Source: Spirogloea muscicola (lineage: Eukaryota). Taken from it: a DNA stretch of 46,759 nt. The position numbers and the translations under genes are program-made. How positions within the stretch are numbered: the first letter of the stretch is position 1; each line of letters starts with the position of its first letter. Under the pieces are notes generated by a model. That model worked only from the letters and a program-made list of their open reading frames with translations. It searched no databases and was not told the DNA's origin. Location: positions 603,555 through 650,313 of the forward strand of contig WELB01000014.1 of assembly GCA_009602725.1 (NCBI GenBank), read 5' to 3'. Positions 1-12,300 of this stretch are shown here, piece after piece.

Positions 1-139
1 GGGCGCGCGCGGCCGCGGCGGCGGCGCCGGTGAGGTCTGCCGGCCGGCTGGCCGCCGCCACGCGGGCTCCCGAACACTGACGGAACGGTCGGCGACGGCG
101 AGCTGACGTCCCGCCGACGGTCATCGTTTAAGCAGAAAA

Positions 140-520
140 GAACGACTTTGCCGTTGGAAGGCAAGTGGCTGTGAGGGGCAAGGGCTGTGAAAAGCCAGCC
201 AGCCCGAAAAGAATTGACAAAGGTCTCGAATGGGCCAAATGACGGAGGGGCCTAAAGCGCTATGTCAGACCGGGTGGAGGATGGACCACTCAGCAGCGAC
301 GAGTGAGGAGCCTCAAATCCGACAGATTAGCTGCCGGAAAACGATCCCCTGTGAGAAGCCCAAAGAAGTGCACAAAGGTCTCAAGCAGACCAAGAAAGAC
401 TCAGAAGATGAAAACAGAAGAAGCTCTTACACAAGATGATGGACTCTTCCAGTAGAGGGCATTGGCTGTGACTGGCCAGCCTTGAGAAATGTTGAACAAA
501 GTTCGAAGGGTGTCAGAAAG
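140..520 (-). mobile_element. Decayed, stacked 3' ends of CRE-like RLE non-LTR retrotransposons
   Basis: Minus strand 337-290 encodes PAANLSDLRLLTRRC*, similar to the C-terminus EPSFSDLRLLSRGY* of the RLE element ending at 24666. 279-350 aligns (inverted) with 28962-29032, 173-229 (inverted) with 29481-29532, and 441-490 (direct) with 28511-28560. Confidence 0.7.
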
Positions 521-1077
521 CCCTGAAGCACACGGCAACTCAAGTGGCCACTGGGCGCTCAATATCCCCTAGTAAGCAGCCGAAGATCAGAGAAACTAGT
601 CTCCAGGTAGCAGGTCCCGTGTGTAGCCAGATGCTGCAGCCAGGGCGGGCACGCAACGACACAATGGTCAGCGATATCGGCACCAGAAAGTTGCCCTTAC
701 ACCTCTCATCAACCACAACTTGATAGTGGCATGCAATGCATATTTCGTTGCCCACTTGAATAGGACTACATTTCATAGTACAAAGCACACATCTAGAATC
801 ATATCCAGAAAGTACCACAATAGTCCACAAGTGAGCAGTATGTTGAATTGTGATAGAAATGACCTAGAGGACCCCCACAGGTACATTGTGCTTCAAGGAT
901 CCTCGACCTCCTCAAGGCAGTCTCCGTTCATTTACTTTCATGCCTTTCACCAAGCCCTCCAGATCCTTTCAAGCTGTTAGTTGTGATGCCTTAGATGAGC
1001 CACATCCAGGTTGTAGCAGGCACTAACTACATGAATGATGGCCTTCCATGAGCATCATCCTGATCACGTGCTTTGGC

Positions 1078-4000
1078 TCAAAGTCCAGGCCATATGTCTC
1101 TACTCAGGAAGTCGTCAACAGCGACACCCTCCTCCATTGCACTTCCAATTGTCAGGGCCTGCTCAGAGACGCTTAGCCCAGACATCAATACCTCTCGAGT
1201 AAGCTACGTCCTATTCAAGGCTATGCTGCGACAGCTAAATGTCAGACCCAATATGCAACGCTTCCAACTTACCCTGCACTCAGCTAATTTCTTCGCGACT
1301 GATTGCTCACAGAAGCAGGCCTCTGGTACACTGCTTCTCAGAGCGCAGCTTCAAGTAGTCTCTAACAGGCATGGTTATTAAAACTAATGTACATCTCCTG
1401 AATAATTGACCGCCGAAGAAGGGCATGATATGAGATTCAAGGTAAGTTTAGGCCCAACCTTGATCCTCTCTATAAGGTCGCTGACAACCTGACTTGCGAT
1501 TACAGTTTTCCTTGTCAGTAATATTTCAAGGCCACCTTCGTCAAGGCATGACATCTCTCAGCCACTCCAGTTCTCATGGTGATTGTGACCAGAGAAACAG
1601 CAATAGATGCAGCCGAAGGCTAGTCAAAGTGGCAAGTGACCAACATACCCCAGGGGACTGCCACTCTGTCCACTTCAGTTCAGCTGGACAGCAGCTGCTC
1701 GCGCTCACCTGAGCAACCCAGGGATTTGACATACGCACAACCTGCACGGGCTGCACGATCTGCAATGCACCTGCATCAAGCACTGGCAAGGATCAGACCA
1801 AGAGGCTGGCAAGACATCGCCTTGACCGATATGTAACATGCCTCTCAATGGGGAGTTCTCACGAGCAACTTACTGGTCAAGAATGCTCCTTGCCAGGTGT
1901 GCCTTTGATCCCAGCGTGGGGCCATCTCATCAACAACAATTCCAGCCTTATGGCAGGACCTGCGCATGCAGCGGCTCGCTTGACTTCATGATGCACAGCT
2001 ACTAAGCGGGGGAGATTGTTCCAAGATGTGAGGCTGAAACAAAACGCTCTGAGTCTCATGCCAGTGACGACCATTTCGGGCAGTGAGAGGACAAAGGGCG
2101 AGGATTGGCATGTGATGCAGATTGACAGACCTTACAACAAGTTGGCGGGCGACGCCAGGTAACACTCCGTCCACAAGGGCGGCCGTCTGAACAACGACAC
2201 TGCTGGACGTTGTGCACCCAACCACTTTGGCAGCATTGGTATTGTCACTGCACCCAAGCAATAACCAAGGCTTAGCAAAGAGCTACGAGCTGCTCTTCCA
2301 ATGGGCGACCTCCCGTTTGACACTAGCAGTGTATGGTGAAAGTCACATTCGTCTGCAGATTGCAGTGGACAACTTGGAGCACAGGTGTAAGCAGCATTTG
2401 CACAGCAAGCCTAGTCATGAGGTCAAGCCTCATCCTTGATCAGTCTTGTGACTTATGCAGCTATTCTACACTTCCTCAGACACAAACTTTCATGAAACAG
2501 CTGACTCTCCGAGCTGTTTGTGTAACACTTCAGTCAGTAACACCCCAACTAAACCCTAAACCTACCAGGATGTAATCTCTATCTTGGTGTGTGAATGCCC
2601 AACAATATTAACAAGAGGTCGCCTTTACTTCTTGCAAGCCACTTCTGACTATGAAGGTTGGCTTCAAGCTGAGCACAAAGACCTCTTCTTGACATGCTTT
2701 CCACGCCTGACGAGAGAGAGATACTAAATACTGTGCACCCACAGGATTGCTGCTTGACCTTGAAACGGCACTGTGCTTCCCTTGGTTGTCTTACTATCAT
2801 GTGACAGTCTTCCAGCACACTGTTCCTTTTCTGCTCGACAGAATATTCTTGGGGCTGCTCAGGTTGGTGACAACAACACTAGCCCTTGTCTGGCAACCAA
2901 CATGGTTCACCCTCAAACGCAAGCACCAGCCCAAACTTGGTTGCCAAGTTGTGACAGGTTTGGCTGTCTGAAGCATCATGAAAGCCTGTCTTGTGCCCCA
3001 AGTTCAATCTTCTCAAAGTCTATGAAGGACTATGTCACGCACTCTGCAGCCGGCCACTATAGCAAGCCAGACTGACCGATGCACTTGGCCTGACGTAGGC
3101 TACTTGCAGCAGAACGTTGTGACAGTAGCAAAGGCCACAAACTAGCATATTGCGGGTGACAACATGCCCTTGCAAACCATTGTACTGCTGCCCACCACCA
3201 CGCCCCTGCTGGCGCTACCCGTGATCAGGCAGAGAGATTGCTCTGAGTATGGCCAGACTGCCACTTTACTGCCAGCACATCCTTGTCACTCTTGATATCG
3301 TGGCTGGCTGCAGAGCGTGCCAAAGTACTCACAAGACCTTGGAAGATTGTAACTTCAGACTGGCACACAAGGGCCGCCAGATGCTTGCAACTTGTCGCAA
3401 GTATCAGCCTTGCTGCCAAACTTGGAATCAAAGTGATGAATTTATGGGCTGGCTGCTACGTAGGGTGACCTGGAGCAACTCTAGCAGATGAAACCAGTGT
3501 TGTTGGTGTTGCCTACCAAAGCAGGGACGTACGATAGACCTTCAAGGCTCCATGAAATGTCAAGCAGAAGTAGCTGAGTCTTAGTGTGAATGGGAACAAC
3601 CAGAGAGCAAGGGGACCTTATTTCAGGTTCCGGTGCTTTGATATAAAAGAAAGCGCTGCTCTGGGAGCACATTGCAGATTAGCACGTTGCACTCATCGAA
3701 GTCAAGCTAGCATCATATGCAGCAAGCCAGGAAGAGGTCATATGCTCAGCAACAAACAACTCCAAGCAGTAAGTTGCGAGCACACATAACTTACCGCTGT
3801 ACCATTGCAAGCACGTTAGGCTCTTCCACAGGTTTCGAAGACATCAGCCTTTTGGATGTGTGGTTGTATGAGCGGGGCAATGCCTTCAGCACAGCAACAG
3901 TTGTGACAGAGCACACTGGAGGTACTGGGGCATATGCTGGAGGAGTCTAAGCCTTGTGTGCTGACGACCTTAAGAGGGGCTTGCTTTGGATGCTCAGATG

Positions 4001-5550
4001 TATCTTCTGAAATTTACAAGCTGTGGTAGGCAGTGAGTGTAGGCAATGGCGTACCAGGACACTATGATGAACAAGTTTGTGACAAGGCCCTCCAGGAGCA
4101 TGTTGCCATCACTTGACAGTATGATCTCAGCAACACCATGCGGTTTTGCCTGCTCCAGCAGCTGCCGGTCCCTGCACAGCCAATACCTCATCGATGTACA
4201 ATCAATAACTAACCACTCAAGGCACCTGGAATTGTGACCACAGCGTGAAAAGGTGCACAATGCTGAAAGCATATAAAGGGCCTGGTGTGAGCTTGAGGAA
4301 CTTCATTACGTGGCCCAGGTGGAGCACTTGGCCAGAGGTGCCAGCCTCCCCTGGCCGACTACAGCCACCTCGACTGCTGGCGGGCAGCTTTCTTCGGGAC
4401 GGTGGGCCCGATAACGGCTGCTGTAGACGAAGACGTCAACCTGAAGAGCAATGCTTAGTCAGGTAGCCAGTACACATGCACGTAACAGCAGGCACGCTTG
4501 GCTGGAAGTCTATATGAGAGAGCAATTTCAGGCAAACAAAAGGCCATGGTGGACCAGTACCCCTTGTAGTCATAGCAAACATGTCATAAGAAGAAGCAGG
4601 AGACACGGGCTGCAGATGGGCATGGTCCCAGGAGCCTACATTACTGAGAAGATCTTTGGGGTGCTGCATCGCTGTCTCCTGGGTGCAGATGAGGATAGTC
4701 ACAGTAAGCTCCAGGCCCAGAGGCAGAGTCTGCCTCCCAATGGCCAGGGCAGTTTGCAGCGAGGGCATGACGACTGATGCAAACGCGTCTGGCGCCAGCA
4801 GGCCGACAGGGAGGCCAGGAAAGAGGGCTGGCAAACGGGCGATGGAGTCCGTGAGGCGCGCCATGTGGGCCTCCCAGCAGAGGACGACGGAGGCTCCGCC
4901 AGCAGTCCTTGTTGTGGTGTATGCGCCTGGAGGCAGGCCAGCAGCCGTGAATTGCAGCAACACAATGGGCCCACCAAAGCTCGAACCCCAGACCGTAGCT
5001 GCGACACCCCAAAGCTCTAAACCCCCAACCCTAGCTGCTCATTCCAAAGAAGACCTTGATCCCATAAGCCCTATCGTCTCAAGCGACGACGTCAGGCAGC
5101 CGCAGGACGCTCTAACGGACGTCAACGAGCCCTCGGGAGAAGGTGCAAGTGCTGGCCGAGTAAGGCTGTGCAGATACTGGCAGAAGCGAGCTTGTCGCTT
5201 GGCAGCGGGGCAAATGGTGTGCTGCGCAGAGGCCGGCCCGTCGTTGCTGAGAGCGCGAGCCGACCTGGGCGCCGCGACCGGAGGAAGTCTGCGGCCGTGC
5301 CGGCACCGCCGTCGTCCGGCATCGGCTGGCCGTTGTGCACCACCGTGCTCCACGGAGCATCGCCACTGCTTCCGCAGGTGGCTGCGCCTGGCGCCGTCGC
5401 GGCGGGCCGGCCCGCCCTGCGGCCGCGGCTGCGGCAGCGGNGGCCTCGGAGCTGGCCGCGGGCCTCGGCGCCTCTCCGCCGTGGCCATTGCCGCAGGCAG
5501 GCCCACGGCAAGCCTCCGGCTGCCGCTGCGCAGGCCGCGGCGCTTCCCAT
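1078..5550 (-). CDS. Class IV PLP-dependent aminotransferase-like protein (ADC lyase/D-amino-acid aminotransferase-like superfamily), multi-exon
   Basis: Spliced GT-AG reading: VVHNGQ..FLRSRRPG (exon ends 5265) / AYTTTRT..LCWEAHMARL (from 4926) / AVVGQGRLAPLAKCSTWA / ILSSDGNMLLEGLVTNLFII (ends 4055) / VQTAALVDGVLPGVARQLV (from 2247) / EMAPRWDQRHTWQGAFLTS / LQIVQPV. These are typical motifs of the plant family. The start (ATG 5550, transit-peptide-like, single N at 5441) and last exon (1158-1078) are less certain. Confidence 0.85.
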
Positions 5551-6321
5551 GGAGGTCACGCCGCGCAGGGCTCGGAGCCGCTAATGAGACGGCCAAGGAC
5601 GTGCGCCGCACCTGCACGCCGCACGCCGCGCCGCAAGATGCGGCGGGCTCCGCGGCGGCGGAGCCGGGGCCATCGGCGGCGGAGCCGGGGTTACCAGCGG
5701 CTCAGATTGGTAGGGGCTCTCAATGGCTCTTAATGGAGATCACTTTGGATAACCCGGGGAAGCTCTTGGGGCGTCCCTTTTAGTGGTTCTGGAGACCGAC
5801 TGGCTCCTGGGACGGAGGGGGTGCCGCGTCGTCCTGTCGACCGGTAAAGCCATAATGGATGCAAAGACAGTTTTCCATTAGCGGGGGGGCTGCCCTCCCT
5901 CCCCGCCGGCAAACGGTGCCGTGTTCGGGGCCCTCGCCGGCGGCCACCCCCCCCTCTCTCCACTTAGCCCCGCCAGCTCCGAGTTCGCATGACGCCCGAC
6001 AGCGCGCCCGCGGCGGCCGCCGCCGCCGCTGGCGGGACGAGGAGAGGTGGCCTCCGGCTGCGGTGCAGGCACGCAGCTGCGGGAGGCGCGGCTGCCACGG
6101 CCCGGAGACCTGGTTTGGCGTTGTGACCTGGCGAGCGGACGAGGCTGCGGTGGCCTATGGAGCTTACGCCGCCGTGGAAGGACCTGCAGCAAGGCCAGTA
6201 GACGCCCTCTGAGGACGCAGGACGTACTCGCCTCTCTTGGTCGAGGTTGAGACCGCGGCTGGTCCCAGGAGGCTCCAGTGCCAGGTGAACAGCAAGAGTG
6301 TGGCGCTCGCAGCGGCAGATC

Positions 6322-9300
6322 ATGTATATAGCATATGGCTGGCCGAAGATCCTCAGGGCTGTAGAGAGAGACGGCGGCGACTGCGAGCTTCTCGCGCACG
6401 TGAGCGTCGGCGGCGGCCTCCTCGTCGTCGTCTCGTCCTCGACCATCCAAGTCTGGACTGCTGGCCAGGTGATCAGATGCTGGCTTGCAACTCTGGAGTG
6501 TGGCGCTGCTTTGCTTGTTTAATTTGGCCAGCGTCACAGTCTGCGGTAAAAAGCTGTAGGTACAGGGACATTGACATGTATCAGCACTGGTGACTCCCAG
6601 CCTGTCTGGCCACCTCTAGAATCATTTGGCGGCGTCATCTAGAGCTTCGTGCTTTCCTCTCCACTCACTCTTGTGGCTGTTGCCATGTGTGCATGTATTG
6701 TGCACGGCTGGCAGCATCGTGTAAAGCTCGGCGAATTGGTGCGGTCAGAAAAGTCCATTTCTGATGACGGTGGGAACTGTCAAGCATTCTGGAACCATGG
6801 CCTTGAGACTCTCGTCGTCGTGGTGAGTCATGGCAGAGGCTCAGCATTCTTCTATTCACCTCCAGAGCCTGTGCAGAGCATCCTGAATGTGTTCAAGGGT
6901 GCTTCAAGTGCTTAGCTGCTGCATGAGGTGCATCAGAGGAGCTGCATGAGCAAGGCCGCCGTCCAGTTAGCAACACCGGTCGCTGTATGCTGTCAAAGTC
7001 TGCGCTGCATGGTAATGCAGCTGGCAACTGTATTTAGCTTGTCATCCCTTGACTTGGATAAAGGGCAGCACCTCGAACTTTACTGTAGTGGTGGCATTCG
7101 AGGTGCAGCTCCACGACTGCCTTGTCCTGGTTGTTGGCCAAGCCGTTGTGCTGTGTCTTTTCCTGCAGACTGCTGGAGACGTGCTGCATTTCTACGACGT
7201 CAACAGGATCGACCAGCGCGCATCGCTTCCGCATCTGGCAGGCCATGATGGCACTGGTGTGAAGCTTGTCCGTATCAAGTTCCGCTCAGCCACAACCTTT
7301 CCAATCAGTGGAGGGGATATCTCAATGTAAGCACCTAGCTCTGACTATTCACACACAAGCTTCACTGTGACGTCGTTCCAGCGTCATGTGTTCGCTGTGT
7401 ATAGCAAATACTTTGAGCTAGCAAGCTTGGCGCCTCAAAGCTTGGCGCTTCCATGTTCTATTTCAACCAACAGGCTTCGCTTGCTCTACCTAGGGGCAGA
7501 TTGGGTACTTGATTGAAGATTGTCCGCTAAACTTTTGTCTTCTGAGTTTTCTTACCGCAGAACAAGTGTGGCTGCCGACGATGACAACATCCTACTCGGC
7601 CAGTCCAATGGACACCTGCAAATTGTCTCCTGGAGGGGGCAGGTATTCTCCCCTCCATCTTTGTCTTTCGTTCAAGTTCATGGTTAGCCTGCAGTAAAGG
7701 TCACTACATACTACAGGGCTGCAAGCCACAAACACTCCAGTGCTAATAAAAGTGCATCTTACCAGCTTTGAACACCCTAAAATCTTGTATATGGTATCGA
7801 GGCTTGAGGACTTAGTCCATCTCAGGTTGTCTGGATGAAACAGCTGCGAGGCTCAGCCAACCTCTGGAGGGAACACTTGCGCGATGTCATTGGCCCAATG
7901 TATGTGCCTGAAGCGAATGGCATACCATGCACACCAATGTCGCCCTTTTCGCCCCATGTGCTGCCAACTAGCAATGGGAGGCTCTTCGAGTCTCACATGG
8001 GCATTGCGCAGCTGGAGTACTCGGAGCCACTCCGGCTGCTCGTTGCAGTGTTGATGGATGGTCGAGCAGTCCTGTGCTCGGTTGGTGACAAGGGTTTGCG
8101 GCCAGTGGAGGATATTGTTCCTGAGAAGTGGGTTGGGCTCATGGATGCTGTCTGCACACAAGTGGCCGCGAAACAGCAGGTCTTGGCCGTGGGCTCGCGG
8201 AGAGGGACTGTGGAACTTTTCAATCTTGCTGAGAATGCAGCGCACCTGCGGACCATCTCCCTTCATGACTGGGGGTAAGCACTGCACAAAGACGTGCTCA
8301 ATACCAAGGCAGTATCTTCTCCACTGCTGTACAGCTAGCAAGCTCCAGCATTGCAGACTTGACAATACCAGAGAGAGCATACAAGACCTGGGCAAATATG
8401 GCCCCTATTTCCAAAAGGTTAGATTGAAGAGAGAAAGTAAATCTCAGGTGATGACTGCCAGCCTTACGACATCTCTTGGTTTTATGACAGTTATGGTGTG
8501 GAGGACACAGGAGCTGTAAGTTGCATATGCTGGTCACCAGACAATGCTGTGTTTGCAGTGGGCTGGAGACAGCGGGGGTTGGCCGTGTGGTCAGTCTCAG
8601 GATGCAGACTTATGTGCACAATACGGCAAGGCAGCTTGAGCAATGTGTTGCCGAACTCCCCTCCTCGCAATATGGTGCTTGGTGGCCCTGGAGGAGCCAG
8701 AAAAAGCACCGAACCCATGGTCCGAGGGGTTGCACAGCTGGCGTGGGGAGAGCATGCGTACCAGCTCATTGCTGGGGAGCAGGAAACTGCTTCGAGGCTT
8801 GTACAGTTCCCCTTTGCCAGGGGTTGCATGGATCGGGCTGTAGCTGGCAGCGCTCACGTCTGGCAGCTGATGCAAGCAGACGATAGGATTTTACTCATTC
8901 AAAGTGATGAGGAGGATGACTTGAAGCTGCAACATCTCGTCATCCCAGTAGGTCGCTCTTCTTTCATGGCTTATGAGCTCGTACACAGAGACTTTGGTTT
9001 CAGCAGTTGCATGTCCAGCAATCACTTGCGTTATCTCATTTCTAATTCCTGAATAGAGCATATTGGATTACTTGACGATTGAATAGGAGGTTGGAAGGGT
9101 TATGATGTCTGAGTCCTGACTGGTGTAAGCTGGTGAGCAGGCTGCTATGTAGAGCAGAATACGAATAGTATTTGACCTTCTGTCTGGGACACTTGGTTTC
9201 TCCAATCATGCAGCAAACATATATGCGGCCAAATTGGCCAGTGCGTCATGTTGCAGCAAATGATGATGGTTCATACCTGGCAATTGCTGGACAAAGGGGC

Positions 9301-12300
9301 CTCATCTTGTACAATTTAAGGCACAAGAGATGGAGGGTGTTCGGTGATGTCTCTCAGGAGAGGGCGCTGAAGTGTATTGGCCTTCTTTGGCTTGGAAGGA
9401 TTATCGTCATCTGCAACCATCGAGAAGCCACCAACACGTAAGCTTGGACATCCTGCGCTGCATGCTTGATGGTGTTCATAGCGGTGTACGTCAGGTGTTG
9501 TCAACATCGTCTGCAGGTAGGGACAGCGTCCGCTGTCCTCGTTAACTTCATTGAAGTCTGAGCTTACTAGCATACTTCTCTGCAGGTACGAGCTAAGTTT
9601 GTACCCTCGTTACCATTTGGACGAATCATCTCTTCTTTATCGTCAGCCTCTTCCACATGAGCCTATTGCAATGGACTCTTATCAGGACTTCATACTCATA
9701 GCAACTCCGCCATTTGAGATACGAGTTTTTCACGTTCATATTGATGGAGAGCTCTCTCCCTTAAAGACGCCGCCTGTCCAGGTTTGCATGAACTTTCTTG
9801 GATGATCAGTGTGTGCACTGCATCGATCTATTACCACGCACCAGGATTCAGGGTTGCACATGTCTTGTAAGCTCACAAATATCTGCACAACTATCTCCAT
9901 GCAGATACTGGTGCGTGGTACTCCTGGACTCTCATGGCAATACTTTGTTGCAATGTGCAGTTGACCACGGTACGGGAGCTATCAATCATGAGTGCCAAGA
10001 AGCCCCTGGTAGCCATGCAATTTGTGCCAAATGCTGGACCTTCTAAGTCAGATGGCTTCACCCCAACTGAGGAGGCAGTGCAGAGGCAGCCTACTAGGTA
10101 CTGTACTTTGCATCTCAGGCCACGGAGCTGCTGATGGGCTTAGTTACATGCCCTTCGTAGCATCATAAACAATGAAAACTCAGCAAAAGTACCCCACCTT
10201 AGCAGGAAGCAGTCCTAACTGTGATGACTTGTGGTTGGCGAACTCCTGCATGTTCTTGACATATGCTTGTAATTCCAACCACGTGAGCACTGCAGATGCA
10301 TGTTACTTCGGATGGACGGTGAACTTTCACTACTAGACCTTGAGAGAGGTTCGGAGAGGCCTTTAGTCCTTGGCATTGAGCATTTCTGGCTCACTCAGGG
10401 ACGGCCAGAAGAAGAAGCTGCTCTCATTGAGGAAGTACCTTGGTGGGCTTATGGTCACCGTGGCATGCAGGTAATGTCTTCACGTCCTAGCATAAGCTAG
10501 ACTGTGAAGATTGTCTCATGTGATTGGCTATGATTTCTCACCTAGATTTGTATTGCATCAGTGGGGTTGAAGCTCTGGTGACCAGAGTGTCTGGTTGATG
10601 TGACTGTGGCCACTGCTCTTGTGCAGGTCTGGTATCCATCGTCAGATGCAGATACGTCTGCTCATTCTGCTAGCCTGCAGCAGGTACCTGTCTTGAAGAG
10701 ACTGTACTGCTAGCTTAAAGCATTCCTAGATTCAAGCCCAAGCATATGAAATGTAAATTGGTCATCAAGGCATCACAGTGTGAAATCTGCTGACTCTGCC
10801 TAATGATCAGTTGCTCCTTCTGGCCGTGTGCACCGTTCAGTTGGACCCTGAGCTTGACTTCGACCGGGAAGTGTACCCAGTTGGAGTATCACCTGCTGCT
10901 GGTGTTATTGTTGGCATATCCCAGAGGCTTTCTTTGTCAGCATGTGCAGATATGCCTTGTTTTGAACCCATACCCAAAGCTCAACCTATCCTTCCCTGTC
11001 TTCTACGTCATTTACTGCAGGTGATTATCTGCACATCATGTCCACTGGCAGTCACCAATTTGCTAATACCCTTATGGGTGCAGTCTTGTGAAAAGTTGTT
11101 GCAATGCGCATCTATGCTGGTTATCAATTTTTCAGCTGGAAAATCTAGTCTGCTCTCGCCTGCATAGTAATACTTGTTCCTCAATTAGCTGTATCAAGCT
11201 TTGTAAGCACTTTTTCTGGCTTGTAAACAAACAGATTAGTATATTTCTGCGCAAGTCTATTTCATAGTTGTGCGTAAAAGTGATCAGAGAGTCAGCATTT
11301 GTAAATAGGGCATGGTTGTTATGTATGAGAGCAACGTGATAGGACTTCTGCACAATATGAGACACTGCCAATCGCTTCTCGCAGAGAAACAAAATAGACG
11401 AGGCTGTGGAGTTAGCCCACTTATCTGCCGATCGGCCACATTTTTCTCATTCACTTGAATGGCTTCTTTTCACGGTTTTCGACGCCGAAATGACAAAGTA
11501 TGTGCGTTGGTATTCCATGATCTCTTGCCTTTCTTAGGATATCATGTTCAGTAACCCCTGTTCATTTTGTTGAGGAGTACTGTGTACTTACTGACCCCAA
11601 GATAGGCAGAGTGCTGTTGAGTATGATAGTGTAGCTTCTTGTTTGCTGCTAACATGGCAGAGATCAGATGGCTCAGTTGCAATCCCTGGCTTTTGACCCA
11701 TGCAGTCCGGTGCTTAGGAAGAGGAGGAAAGAGAAGCGAGGCCCCACAATGTTGGATCGCGCTTGTGAGTTGATTCGTCATTTTCCGGAGTATCTCGATG
11801 TTGTTGTTAGTGTTGCTCGGAAAACGGACGGGCGCCATTGGCAAGAGCTGTTTGCTTCTGCTGGCAAGAGCACAGAGTATGTCGCCCATGAACTTCACAT
11901 AACTCAAATCACATCGCAAGCTGAATCGGCCGTCTTACTACTGAATCAATATTATGTATGCTTTGCTAAGAACATTGTTCTCTTCCTTCACAGTCTGTCA
12001 TGAGACGGTCATGATGTAGCTGCTGAGGAGCGTGTCGAAAAATGTCTGCAGTGGTGGTTTGAGAGAGCTGCATGCTGTTGTTTGCAGTCTCTTTGAAGAA
12101 TGCTTTGCCAAGAGACAGTACCGAACAGCGACCTGCTATATCCTGGTCTGTATTGCCTGCTCTCAGTCAAAGACTTGCTTCACATCTTTCAATCTGCAAG
12201 CTCAATCTGTCGTTTGTGTGGAGCTGCATTGACACTAAATGCGTATATTCACCCTCTCAGCAACTTATAAGTAGCTGCAGTATCGCTCTTGTATTTTTTC

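Noticed and set aside
4656..5783. 375-aa plus-strand ORF and similar long GC-rich ORFs (e.g. 43760-44734, 35338-36435, 30047-31051)
   Set aside because: These are antisense or alternative-frame shadows of real genes in stop-poor GC-rich DNA, or they run through N gaps.
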